A DNA stretch of 64,000 bases from Candidatus Doudnabacteria bacterium (lineage in GTDB: Bacteria; Patescibacteriota; Dojkabacteria; J137; JAEUSD01): the NCBI GenBank assembly GCA_016788825.1, contig JAEUSD010000003.1, positions 757-64,756 of the forward strand. Direction: 5' to 3'. The position numbers and the translations under genes were made by a program. Every line of letters begins with the position of its first letter. Position 1 is the stretch's first letter. Shown one piece after another: positions 1-9,173 of this stretch. The notes below the pieces were generated by a model. It was not told the origin of the DNA and searched no databases. It saw nothing but the letters and a program-made list of their open reading frames with translations.

Positions 1-146
1 TCAAATATGCTTCTTTTGCTGATCAAAAAGTTTCGGAGATAGAACTCCGAGGCCGTGTCTCAAATTACGGCTGGATAGTTTGGTCAGACAACGATATATT
101 CGTAGATCTTACTCAAACTGTCACACTGGGAAAGCAAATCCCAGAT

Positions 147-1310
147 ATGCTACCTCTTCCGCGCAACGTGGATGGTCAAGTTGTCTTATTTAATCAGTTG
201 GCAGGTCTGAAGGGAGTGATTGCAGATAAGCATGAAAATTGGTGGTTGCTCACAAATCGTTCAGAGTTTGAAGATGTTGTCTACGGGTTTAGGGTACATA
301 ACTTTGAGGTGCCCCAACGCAATATTATTGCCAGCAGCCCAACGGCTCTACCTCTTCCCGATGAATTGAATACTCATGTCGAAGGTAAGTCGCTATCGCA
401 GAAACTAGATTTAATTTTGGAGTATTTACGTCAAAACTACACTTTGCTAAATAGTGAGCAGTCGCAGCTTGGTGCTGTAACTACAGAACTTACCCTTCCA
501 GATTCGGACTTACTCAATCCACTTGACGCAAATATTCTACTCGCTAGGATGCTCCAGGGGGTGGGGGTGCAGTCGCATATTGAGTACGGGTATTATCTAA
601 ATGAACATCCCCTATTGGCGAGAACTCCACTCTTGGTCCCACATACTTGGCTAGTAGTAAAAGTGGATGACAAGGTTCTTGCCTTGGATATCGAGAACTA
701 TATGAATCTCGGTTGGAACCCAAGGCATTCTTCCAGTATTTATCGTCTGGTTCAAGGAGTGTGGGGGATAGAGGATCTTCAGATGGCTAAAACTTTGACC
801 TCTGCACATCGCAGTGTCCCTCGGCCAACACCAGCTACACACGGAGAGATACCTAATGATCATGAGCTGCGTGCAGTTTTGGAGTTTCCGGAAGAAGTTT
901 TGGCAGGCACGTTCTTGAATGGAACCTTGAGAGTGGATAACACATCTGGCGAACCAGCAGAGATATCTGGTGTAGAGCTAAATGGGGTAGATATCACAGA
1001 TTCTGTCACACTTGTCGACAGTAATTATCGAGTTCTTATCGCCCCCAAGGGGCGTACTGAGATAAAAATTCCTTGGTACGCCGGTCGTGATGCTCTAGCA
1101 AAACAATCCCAAGAATTGCGTGTGACTTTGCGGACCAAAAGTAGTTTGTTTGCCCCGCTGGTAGTGAGGACCAATACTCAGATTGTTCCCAACTATGGTC
1201 TGGTCTTTTGGTCCGCGGGAATATTCGTGGTAGTGCTACTGTTTGTGTTAATACTTGTGTTCAGACAACACCTGATAGTCTCCATCATCAAGCGCAGATA
1301 CTTGAGATAG
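147..1310 (+). CDS. Hypothetical protein with C-terminal transmembrane anchor; probably 5'-partial, since the frame is open upstream to the window edge
   Basis: ORF track gives 387 aa ending in a hydrophobic stretch (VFWSAGIFVVVLLFVLILVF). The same frame has no stop from nt 3 to 147, so the true start may lie upstream of the window. No recognisable domain. Confidence 0.5.
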   Translation: MLPLPRNVDGQVVLFNQLAGLKGVIADKHENWWLLTNRSEFEDVVYGFRVHNFEVPQRNIIASSPTALPLPDELNTHVEGKSLSQKLDLILEYLRQNYTLLNSEQSQLGAVTTELTLPDSDLLNPLDANILLARMLQGVGVQSHIEYGYYLNEHPLLARTPLLVPHTWLVVKVDDKVLALDIENYMNLGWNPRHSSSIYRLVQGVWGIEDLQMAKTLTSAHRSVPRPTPATHGEIPNDHELRAVLEFPEEVLAGTFLNGTLRVDNTSGEPAEISGVELNGVDITDSVTLVDSNYRVLIAPKGRTEIKIPWYAGRDALAKQSQELRVTLRTKSSLFAPLVVRTNTQIVPNYGLVFWSAGIFVVVLLFVLILVFRQHLIVSIIKRRYLR

Positions 1311-1319
1311 AATTAGTTG

Positions 1320-2441
1320 TTATTCTTGGCTACTATTCGGATTGTCTACAATCTCTATCGAGTTAGTAAAGTTGTCTCCCGAAGCTGTGATTTTGAGAAT
1401 ATCCTTGTCTACTTTTACCAGCTCTCGAGTCGCATTATTGTAGGCGTTTACAGTCACATTGAGACTCTTCCCCAGCTTCTGATACACGTCGCTATATGAG
1501 TAGAGGTGTTTTTGAAGTTTCTCTACCTGTTTCTGGATTTCTTTGGTTGACTCTTCGATTCTGAGTGCTCGCAATCCTTGGAGAACTGTTTGTAAGTAAG
1601 CAAAGAAGGTCGTTGGTGAAACCATGATTACACGCCGCTTGAAAGCGTATTCGATCAATCCCTCTTGATTGACGTCGATAACTCCGACCTTTTGTACGAG
1701 TAAGTCATAGTACAGCCCGTCCGCAGGGACAAACATAAAGGCGAAATCCAAGGTGCCTTCCTGCGGACGGATGTACTTGGAAGTTTCATCTATTCTTTTC
1801 ATTAGGTCCTGTTTAAACTGTTTTTCCCAACGCTGACGGTCTTCCCCTGATTCTGCTGTGGATAAACGGTTGTAGTTCTCTAAGCTAAATTTGGCATCCA
1901 CAGGAATATTCCCGTCGCGGGTGATTATTAGGGCGTCGACAATCTCACCGTTTTCAAACTTGAATTGAAGTTTGTAGGCGTCTGGTGGTAGTACGTTTCT
2001 CAATACTGTCTCTAGATAATATTCTCCGAGTACACCTCGCTGTTTGGGGTTGCGTAGAATGTTTTCTAGGCTTTGCAGCTGAGTAGCAAACTGTTGAATA
2101 TTTTTTCCGGTTTCTGAGACTTTGGTAATTTCCTGAGTAATCAGTTTCACCTTCTCTGTGTACTCCATAAGACTTTTTTGAGAAAGGGCAAACTGCTGCT
2201 GGATAGATTGATTTGATTTGGCTAGTTGATTGTTAATAGTCTTATCCTGGTCGCGTAAGCGTTCATTTAGCTCATAAATTAGTTTATCTAGGCGGTCATT
2301 TTGTGCCTGAGTAAGCTGAGCTATTTGGCTCTGCAAGAGGGTCATACTTTCCCCGCCTGTTCCGGAGGAACGCATGAATCTAAATAACACTGCCGCAACG
2401 ACCACAATAAGTATTACGAGTAAGATTGCGATAAGATCCAT
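1320..2441 (-). CDS. rmuC: DNA recombination protein RmuC-like
   Basis: 373 aa with an N-terminal TM helix, a long coiled-coil (QSQIAQLTQAQNDRLDKL...) and a conserved RmuC C-terminal nuclease-like region (DALIITRDG...VDAKF, FAFMFVPADGLYYDLL). Confidence 0.75.
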   Translation of the reverse strand: MDLIAILLVILIVVVAAVLFRFMRSSGTGGESMTLLQSQIAQLTQAQNDRLDKLIYELNERLRDQDKTINNQLAKSNQSIQQQFALSQKSLMEYTEKVKLITQEITKVSETGKNIQQFATQLQSLENILRNPKQRGVLGEYYLETVLRNVLPPDAYKLQFKFENGEIVDALIITRDGNIPVDAKFSLENYNRLSTAESGEDRQRWEKQFKQDLMKRIDETSKYIRPQEGTLDFAFMFVPADGLYYDLLVQKVGVIDVNQEGLIEYAFKRRVIMVSPTTFFAYLQTVLQGLRALRIEESTKEIQKQVEKLQKHLYSYSDVYQKLGKSLNVTVNAYNNATRELVKVDKDILKITASGDNFTNSIEIVDNPNSSQE

Positions 2442-2504
2442 AAGTTGTTTCTATGATGCCATAAGTCTACCATCCACAAGCCTTTTCTGCTAACCTATAC
2501 AGTA

Positions 2505-2918
2505 ATGAGTTCTGCACAGAAACTAGTTAACAGGAGCCTTTTGCTTTTAGCCTTTGCCGCTATTCTTTTGGTGGTGTTGGTAAATTCTGGTCGCGAAGTG
2601 ATGACCACTCCCAACTCTCGGGTTTCTGCCGAAACTATAAGCACTACAACCCAACCAGCTGTTCAAGAGTGGCAGGAATTGATTTTAGTTGGAATGGGGT
2701 GGAGCGCTGATGTCACCAGAATGCGCACACTTTTGAATGAGTACGCTGTAGAGAACGATTTAGCTTTTGTATTCTCGGATGCGTTGGGGGATGAAGACCT
2801 CAAAGCCAAGTACGGAATCGAGAATTTTCCAAGCCTGATTATTCGTTCTAGCGATGATTCGTTGTTTAAGATTGACGGAGTAACTTTAGAGGAAATTCAA
2901 TTAATGGTCTCAAAATAG
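2505..2918 (+). CDS. Small secreted or membrane-anchored hypothetical protein
   Basis: 137 aa with an N-terminal hydrophobic signal/anchor (LLLLAFAAILLVVLV) and no cysteines. No recognisable domain. Confidence 0.4.
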   Translation: MSSAQKLVNRSLLLLAFAAILLVVLVNSGREVMTTPNSRVSAETISTTTQPAVQEWQELILVGMGWSADVTRMRTLLNEYAVENDLAFVFSDALGDEDLKAKYGIENFPSLIIRSSDDSLFKIDGVTLEEIQLMVSK

Positions 2919-4946
2919 TTCTTTTGCCTTTCTCCCTGGTCGCGATTCTTTCCCATTCCCCGATCCTAGCTGTGAAAGCTCAGACAGCTTTGTCATTTCT
3001 GGTTCGCTTGGCAGTTCTGTAAGAACAATGTATTCCCATCCAAGCTCGATCAATGGTTGAACTTTGTCTAGTTCTAGTTTTGGTAGCCGGAGTATCGCCT
3101 TAAAGCCTTTTTTGTGAGCGGAGTGGAAAAGTGCTTGGATAGCTGGCAGTACTGTGTTTATGTTTTCGGTAACGGAAAGGCTTCCCAATAAGTTACGAGC
3201 GTATTTCTCCAAGTGCAAAACTATCCCGTCCACTATGTCGTTGTCTAGTTCTGCCAATTGAAATCCAAACGCGGGCCAAGATACCTCAGCGTACAATTGA
3301 GTCGATTTTGTCCTGCGAAAGCCTTGTGTGGAGAGGGCTTTCTTGAGGTTCGTCAATTCGGTAGTTGTGCGTAGCCCCGGAAGTACTAAGTCGACATTCC
3401 GTACACCGTATACACTGTATGCGCGTTTGATACTTAGGTACTCAGCCAACAAGGCTTCGGGGTATTTATTGAACCTGGCAGCGCCATCGGGCTGGTTCAG
3501 ATCTTCGAAAGCATGCAAGTCGCTAAAACAATAAAATAGCGGGTTATCGCCGGCGGATTTTCCGATGATAGATAGGTCTAAGGCCACTGACTCCACAAAA
3601 TCACTTAGTTTTGACTTGTCTTTGGCCACGGCCTCGGGAATTGTTTCTTTTTTGGAGATCAGTTGGGTGGCATCGATGTAGGCAGCGGAAAATCCGCCTA
3701 CACTAGCCAAAAGCTCATTGTCCATGGCTGAGACCTCAAGTACTAGTTTGGTTGGTGATTCTGGGCTGGCGATTTCTCCCGTTTCTACCATCTCGTTCAC
3801 CTCATTAGCCAGCTTGGAAATGTTAACTTTGGGTGTCCGCAATTTTAGTTCCGGTTTGGTACTCTTTTTCTCTGCGGGAACTTCCTGCGGTTCTTCTGCA
3901 ACGACTGGTTCTGGAGTGATTACAACATTAGGGACCTTAAGGTCTGTGTGTGTAGATAAGCTGTGTAAAGGGGAGTACTGGTGGACATCAGTTATCTGTA
4001 CTTTCCCCAATTCATAAGCCCAATTCACCTCCACATCAAAACCTAATTTTTTCTTCAGCTTGGCGATTATTTGGGCCAGTTGAACTACGAACGTATCATC
4101 CAGTTTTTGACGCCGACGCCATTCGGGAGAAATGTTAACCTCGAGGTAGGGGTTTTGCTCATCAGCTTTGGCTTTACGAACGTACATCTTCTCTTGAGGG
4201 GCGACATTCTTTTCCACTAGCTTGATATCGTTGGCATCTATTTTGTAAACGTCGCTATAAGCACTCAGCGTGTTGCTAATCATTAGTCCGAGCACTGCTT
4301 CGATAGTTATGAAATCCACTTCCCCGGATATGGGGTCGAGTGAATAAGCCTTCCCAGATGATTCTGCTTGGGGGCTGCGCATTACTATCACTGCCATGGA
4401 CAACCCTCCTTGGTAATTCTGTTTTGCTCTATGGATTAGGGCATCAGGACTAAATAGGCTAGTCCAAATGCGTTTAACTGCATACATCAGATGAGCCTCG
4501 CCCTTGATATGAGATATTTCTCTGTCGATTTCTGTCCCAGGAATTAAACTTTCCTCGAGGACATGGGATGGCTGCAGGCGAACATATTTGTCGCTGATGC
4601 CCGAGAGGCTTTTGTATGCTTGGATTATTGGTGTCAGAACCGTATTGGGGAACGTGGCTTCCAAAATCGACTTCTCAATCTCGTGAGACACATTACGAAC
4701 ATCTTCCGGTTTGGTATTTACACTTACTTTCTGCAAAAGTGTACTGATCTTGTCCAATAAACCACTGGCAATGATAAAGTCATCAAATGCAGCGGAGCTG
4801 ATTGAATAATAAGGGGGAAGAGGCACTTGCTGCAGGTCATAAGCGGCCAGTTCCAACGCTAACCCTCCCACTTGTTCGAGTGAGGAATTTCCGGCTTCAG
4901 ATGAGCTGACAACGTAATGCTTCTGTTTACCTAACAAATTGGGCAA
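2910..4946 (-). CDS. PEP-utilizing enzyme family protein (PPDK_N-type ATP-grasp N-domain plus C-terminal PEP-utilizer-like barrel; no obvious phosphohistidine swivel domain)
   Basis: 678 aa. The N-terminal region resembles the pyruvate phosphate dikinase / PEP synthase nucleotide-binding domain (VGG.ALELA, MAVIVMRSPQAESSGKAYSLDP). The C-terminal part resembles a PEP-utilizer TIM-barrel (LVLPGLRTTTELTNLKKAL). Confidence 0.45.
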   Translation of the reverse strand: MPNLLGKQKHYVVSSSEAGNSSLEQVGGLALELAAYDLQQVPLPPYYSISSAAFDDFIIASGLLDKISTLLQKVSVNTKPEDVRNVSHEIEKSILEATFPNTVLTPIIQAYKSLSGISDKYVRLQPSHVLEESLIPGTEIDREISHIKGEAHLMYAVKRIWTSLFSPDALIHRAKQNYQGGLSMAVIVMRSPQAESSGKAYSLDPISGEVDFITIEAVLGLMISNTLSAYSDVYKIDANDIKLVEKNVAPQEKMYVRKAKADEQNPYLEVNISPEWRRRQKLDDTFVVQLAQIIAKLKKKLGFDVEVNWAYELGKVQITDVHQYSPLHSLSTHTDLKVPNVVITPEPVVAEEPQEVPAEKKSTKPELKLRTPKVNISKLANEVNEMVETGEIASPESPTKLVLEVSAMDNELLASVGGFSAAYIDATQLISKKETIPEAVAKDKSKLSDFVESVALDLSIIGKSAGDNPLFYCFSDLHAFEDLNQPDGAARFNKYPEALLAEYLSIKRAYSVYGVRNVDLVLPGLRTTTELTNLKKALSTQGFRRTKSTQLYAEVSWPAFGFQLAELDNDIVDGIVLHLEKYARNLLGSLSVTENINTVLPAIQALFHSAHKKGFKAILRLPKLELDKVQPLIELGWEYIVLTELPSEPEMTKLSELSQLGSGNGKESRPGRKAKELF

Positions 4947-5182
4947 TGATAATCGAACATATTATGCGGTGCGGCAAGTGAAGTGTCAATGAAGCCTGTG
5001 ATCAATTTCTTCTCTACAACTTATGTAACCTAATACACTCACATGTTTGAACTCTTTGAAACCTAAGATGCTCATTACGCTAGATTTCGAAGATGCGAAA
5101 TCTTTAACGTTTCATTCTCATGGGTTTCATTAAGAGTTCTGCACAATGTTCGCTTAATTAGGTCACAAATAATTATTCCATC

Positions 5183-7018
5183 CTAGATCTCTCGTTTTTT
5201 CAAAAGATCCAGGCTATCCGTAGGGATTTTCCACTTGGCGGCAATGGCTGCTTGATCTGGTCCATTTGCATTGCCGCCAGTGGGTCGATCAGGGCCAGTC
5301 AACTGTTTGCGTGGTCTGTCGATCTGTTTCTGCTTGGGACGGCTTCCTTGTGGGTTTGTGAAACTGATCACGGATAAGATCATCGGGTTACGCCCAATCT
5401 CTTTTGCCACAAAATAGCCGATCTTGTCTTCCAACTCCTTGCGCAGTTCTGCTACCTCATTTGTTTCCTTGAGTTTCTTATTTAGTGTGTTCTCGGCAAG
5501 CTTGCGAATCTCCCCCAACAAATCCTTACTGGTTGGGATGTAAACGAAACCGCGGGTGACAACAAATGGCTCATTCATCAAGGCTTTTTTCTCTGCGTTT
5601 ACATTGATGTCGATCACGATTACACCATGGTTTCCGAGCTGTTGCCTTTCTTGTAACACGCTTTCACCTACGTCACCGACACCAGTTCCAGAAACCAAGA
5701 CAGGGTTCGACTTGATACGTGCACCCCTGGTGAAGCCTCCTGCAGTCGAACCCTCGATAATCTCTCCGCGCTTGGCGATGATGATATTCTCGGCTTTTAC
5801 ACCTACAGATACGGCGGTTTTACCGTGTTCACGCAAGAAATATTGATAACCATGCACAGGCATGAAGTACTTTGGTTTCGTCAGGTTCAACATGATCTTC
5901 TGATCTTCTTGATAACCGTGTCCTGAAGTGAAGAAATCTACGCCTTCAGACTGGCTTACGCTGGCTCCGGTGGCTGAGATAACCTCAATCAGTTGCTGCA
6001 CAGCCATATTGTTACCAGGGATCGTTCCAGCAGAGATGATCACGCTGTCGCCCTGTTTGATCTTTACGTTTTTGTATTCACCAAGTGCCATACGGTAAAG
6101 TGCAGCGTTGGATTCTCCTTGTGCACCAGTGGTCAAAATGATCAAACGATCATCGTGGTAACGGTTGATGCTTTGGATAGGGATCAAAAGTCCTTGTTTG
6201 GGCTTGATATAACCAATCTCCTGAGCAATCCGCAGTGTTTGCTGCATACTGTATCCGGCGATGGCTACCTTCTTCTGCATCCGCTCTGCGATCTGCATGA
6301 TCTGGTACAACCGCCCTACAAGTCCGGAGAAGCTAGCTACGAAGACACGACCCTTGGCGCGCTCAATAATCATTTCAAGGCCGCGCGCCACATCGTTTTC
6401 CGATAGTGGGTAACCCTTTTTGGTCGCATTGGTTGAGTCAGACAATAGTACGTCGACACCTTTTTCACCAATGCGGGCGATCTTGGCGTAATCCGCTACT
6501 GGTTCGTTTACTGGAGAGTTATCAAATTTAAAGTCTCCGGTGTGAACGATCTTGGACGCTGGAGTGGTAAGGTAAATCCCCAGACATTGAGGAATACTGT
6601 GATTTACACGGAAGAACTCAGCATTGAAGCTGCCTAACTGTAAATTTGTATTCTCATCAATATACTCCAGCTTAACTTTGTCAGTTAGGCCGGCTTCCTC
6701 CATATCCGCGCGGATCATTTCGATTGTAAATTTACTACCGTAAACGGTCGGAAACCCGATCCGCGGCAGCACATATTTCAATGCGCCGATGTGGTCTAAG
6801 TGACCGTGAGTGATCAAAATTCCTTTGATCATGGACTGGTTTCTCACCAGATAGTCGAAATTGGGGATGAGTAAATCTACTCCGTACATGTTGGCATCAG
6901 GGAATCCTGCGCCCACATCTACAACGACAATTTCGTTTTTGTATTGGTAAACTGTACAGTTGATACCAATCTCTTCAACTCCGCCTAGCGGAATTATTTT
7001 TAAGTTTTGTGTTTCCAT
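5183..7018 (-). CDS. rnj: Ribonuclease J (metallo-beta-lactamase / beta-CASP RNase)
   Basis: 611 aa. N-terminus is KIIPLGGVEEIGINCTVY. Carries the metallo-beta-lactamase motif ILITHGHLDHIGAL and beta-CASP motifs. Has a basic C-terminal extension. Confidence 0.9.
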   Translation of the reverse strand: METQNLKIIPLGGVEEIGINCTVYQYKNEIVVVDVGAGFPDANMYGVDLLIPNFDYLVRNQSMIKGILITHGHLDHIGALKYVLPRIGFPTVYGSKFTIEMIRADMEEAGLTDKVKLEYIDENTNLQLGSFNAEFFRVNHSIPQCLGIYLTTPASKIVHTGDFKFDNSPVNEPVADYAKIARIGEKGVDVLLSDSTNATKKGYPLSENDVARGLEMIIERAKGRVFVASFSGLVGRLYQIMQIAERMQKKVAIAGYSMQQTLRIAQEIGYIKPKQGLLIPIQSINRYHDDRLIILTTGAQGESNAALYRMALGEYKNVKIKQGDSVIISAGTIPGNNMAVQQLIEVISATGASVSQSEGVDFFTSGHGYQEDQKIMLNLTKPKYFMPVHGYQYFLREHGKTAVSVGVKAENIIIAKRGEIIEGSTAGGFTRGARIKSNPVLVSGTGVGDVGESVLQERQQLGNHGVIVIDINVNAEKKALMNEPFVVTRGFVYIPTSKDLLGEIRKLAENTLNKKLKETNEVAELRKELEDKIGYFVAKEIGRNPMILSVISFTNPQGSRPKQKQIDRPRKQLTGPDRPTGGNANGPDQAAIAAKWKIPTDSLDLLKKREI

Positions 7019-7033
7019 AAGTTATAATTAATT

Positions 7034-7504
7034 ATGCTTCAAAATATAAAATTTTCCAAATCTATTACTTGGTTGGTCCTAATGTTTGCATTTGCATTCA
7101 TTGGCCTAGGTATTTCTGGTTATCTGTGGTACGAGTACGAACAGCCATCGTCTATTGGTTGCTCGTTCAACGGTGGTTGTGAACAGGTGCGCAATAGTGA
7201 ATTTTCTCAACTGTGGGGAGTGGATCTTCCTGTGTGGGGGATTGGCTACTATCTTGGAATTACCATCTTGATAATGCTTGCTCAGACCTCATTGCCCTCA
7301 AATTACCAGCGTTTCTTGCCTTTTGTGATACCATTATACACCTTTTCTGGGTTTTTGTTTTCTCTTTACCTCACTTACCTCGAAGTTTTCGTTATCCAAG
7401 CGCTATGTCAGTGGTGTCTAGCTTCCGCAATTGTCGCCACCGCCTGCTTCGTGTGTGGGGTAGTTTATGCCGTTCTTAAGCGAGACGAGATAAAGGCCAT
7501 TTAG
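7034..7504 (+). CDS. Vitamin K epoxide reductase (VKOR) family membrane protein
   Basis: 156 aa with 4 TM helices and two Cys pairs (CSFNGGC loop and CQWC active-site CXXC in a TM helix), as is typical for VKOR/DsbB-analog proteins. Confidence 0.75.
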   Translation: MLQNIKFSKSITWLVLMFAFAFIGLGISGYLWYEYEQPSSIGCSFNGGCEQVRNSEFSQLWGVDLPVWGIGYYLGITILIMLAQTSLPSNYQRFLPFVIPLYTFSGFLFSLYLTYLEVFVIQALCQWCLASAIVATACFVCGVVYAVLKRDEIKAI

Positions 7505-8025
7505 GGCTGTAGAGATTCGATGTAGTCGTCTAGGTGCTTAGCTAAATCTTCAACTTTACCTGTATTGTCTATCTCGAAGGCTGCCGTTGGCCTTTCAAAA
7601 ACACTCTTTATCTTTAGGTAGTCTTCAAATGTATCCGGTGCTCCCTCTTTTTCGTGTCTGTTGGTGATACGTTCTTCCGCAATCTTTTCGTCAAGTTCGA
7701 GCAAAAGTATCTGATACTTGATTCCATTCTCAATTAATAGTTGTGTAATAAAATCTCTTTGTGACTTAAAGCGGAAACTGCCTTCAAAAATAATATGGCT
7801 TTCTGGAGCTACCTTTGAAAGATAATATGCCAGCGGCCTCATGCTGCGGTAAATCTCTGCTAGCTGTTCAGGGGTGAAATCTCCGGTTTCTGTTCTCTCT
7901 CCTTGCGGAAACAGTAAGCCGTGCAATATGTCTGTATTTATTACTTCGGCGTGTAACCTCTCTGCAAGTAATTTGGTCGCTGTTGATTTTCCACTTCCTG
8001 GCAAGCCCATTATTATGTGTAACAT
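7501..8025 (-). CDS. P-loop NTPase / predicted kinase (AAA_33-like)
   Basis: 174 aa beginning MLHIIMGLPGSGKST (Walker A). Small zeta-toxin/gluconokinase-like fold. Confidence 0.6.
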   Translation of the reverse strand: MLHIIMGLPGSGKSTATKLLAERLHAEVINTDILHGLLFPQGERTETGDFTPEQLAEIYRSMRPLAYYLSKVAPESHIIFEGSFRFKSQRDFITQLLIENGIKYQILLLELDEKIAEERITNRHEKEGAPDTFEDYLKIKSVFERPTAAFEIDNTGKVEDLAKHLDDYIESLQP

Positions 8026-8072
8026 TTGTTTATAGTAAGATCCCAGATTATACAGGTTTGCATGGCGTTAAA

Positions 8073-8098
8073 AAGGGTCCCGATAAATCGGGACCCTT
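8073..8098 (-). terminator. Rho-independent terminator for the minus-strand gene 8120..8911
   Basis: Perfect 12-bp inverted repeat aagggtcccgat-aa-atcgggaccctt. On the minus strand it is followed by TTTTAACGCC (plus-strand aaaa at 8071-8074). Confidence 0.6.
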
Positions 8099-8119
8099 GA
8101 GTAGTTCAAACTATTTATC

Positions 8120-8911
8120 TTAAATATACCCAACACTTGCTGCAGCATTTGCCCAGGCACTAAGTGCTTCTGAACTTAAATTCTGAGCTTGGCTGAATAC
8201 TTGTTGAATAGTTGTCGTGTTGAAAGTCAAAGTTTGACCTGGTTCGATGCTAGCCAATCCAATGGAGTTGGTCATAGTTACTTCGAAGAACAATCTTTGA
8301 GCTGGTGTGTGCAATGCTGTTCCGCTATCTGCGAAATATGCATACATTGCACGACGAACTAAGTAGCTGACAGAATCTCCTGCTCCTGCTGTTTGAGAAT
8401 AAGAACTTTTTACGGATGTGTTGCTGCCGTCTACGCTACCGTCATTTGATCCGTCAGTAGATCCGTCGTTGTTACCATCTTCGGAACCCGCAGAGCTAGT
8501 AGTTGACTCGGATGACGTTGCGGTCTCGCTACTTGTAGAAGTGGACTCGGTTGAGGTCTCTTCGCTAGTAGTCTCTGAACCTGCTGATTCTGAAGTTGTA
8601 GATTCCTCAGAAGTGGTGGCGTCCGCAGATGATGTACTTTCAGAGCTGGTGTCGGTACCGTTTCCAGTGGTCCCGTTGTTTCCAGATAATAATACTGCTG
8701 CTAGAAGCAGAGCTAGGATAAGAATCAATGCTACACCAAGGGCGATAGCGATTGTGCGAGTGCGACTAGCGTCACTTGCCTTTTGTCCGCCATTTTGGGT
8801 GGCTGGTTTGGTTTCCGTTTGTGCGGAAACTGGCTTTGTCTGCTCAGCATTAGATGCTGGTTGTGCAGGCTGGTTTGGGTTATTCCCATTGTTTTTATTC
8901 TTCTTTGCCAT
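8120..8911 (-). CDS. Signal-anchored surface protein with a long Ser/Thr/Asp-rich low-complexity linker
   Basis: 263 aa with an Asn/Gln/Pro-rich N-terminus, one TM helix (IAIALGVALILILALLLAAVLL), then about 90 residues of S/T/E/D repeats and a C-terminal globular domain. Confidence 0.55.
   Translation of the reverse strand: MAKKNKNNGNNPNQPAQPASNAEQTKPVSAQTETKPATQNGGQKASDASRTRTIAIALGVALILILALLLAAVLLSGNNGTTGNGTDTSSESTSSADATTSEESTTSESAGSETTSEETSTESTSTSSETATSSESTTSSAGSEDGNNDGSTDGSNDGSVDGSNTSVKSSYSQTAGAGDSVSYLVRRAMYAYFADSGTALHTPAQRLFFEVTMTNSIGLASIEPGQTLTFNTTTIQQVFSQAQNLSSEALSAWANAAASVGYI
8430..8680. repeat. Low-complexity Ser/Thr/Glu-coding repeat tract inside the 8120..8911 gene
   Basis: Iterated tcN/acN/gaN codons (TSSESTSS..., SDGSNDGS...). 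It mirrors as a spurious ORF on the opposite strand (8418..8924). Confidence 0.6.
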
Positions 8912-9173
8912 GCAAATTAAATAAAATATAAAAAAATAATAATTGGGCAGATTTTTGCTCCTAGGCGAAGTTAAGTTTACCTAGGCAGTGGATTTCACAG
9001 TATTACAGTTTATTCTCCAATTGGCAACAGTTTTCTTGGCAGAACTAAAAGTTGGTGGATAAAGCTAGTGATAAACGGATTTTTACAGTTATATACCGGA
9101 GTATATAATATAGATTTAGGGTTATATATATCTAAGATTGCGTAAATGCTAATAAGATGTATATACTGATTGC

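Noticed and set aside
8418-8924. 168-aa plus-strand ORF rich in S/V/D/E
   Set aside because: It is the mirror image of the Ser/Thr repeat tract of the minus-strand gene 8120..8911. It is a low-complexity antisense artefact.
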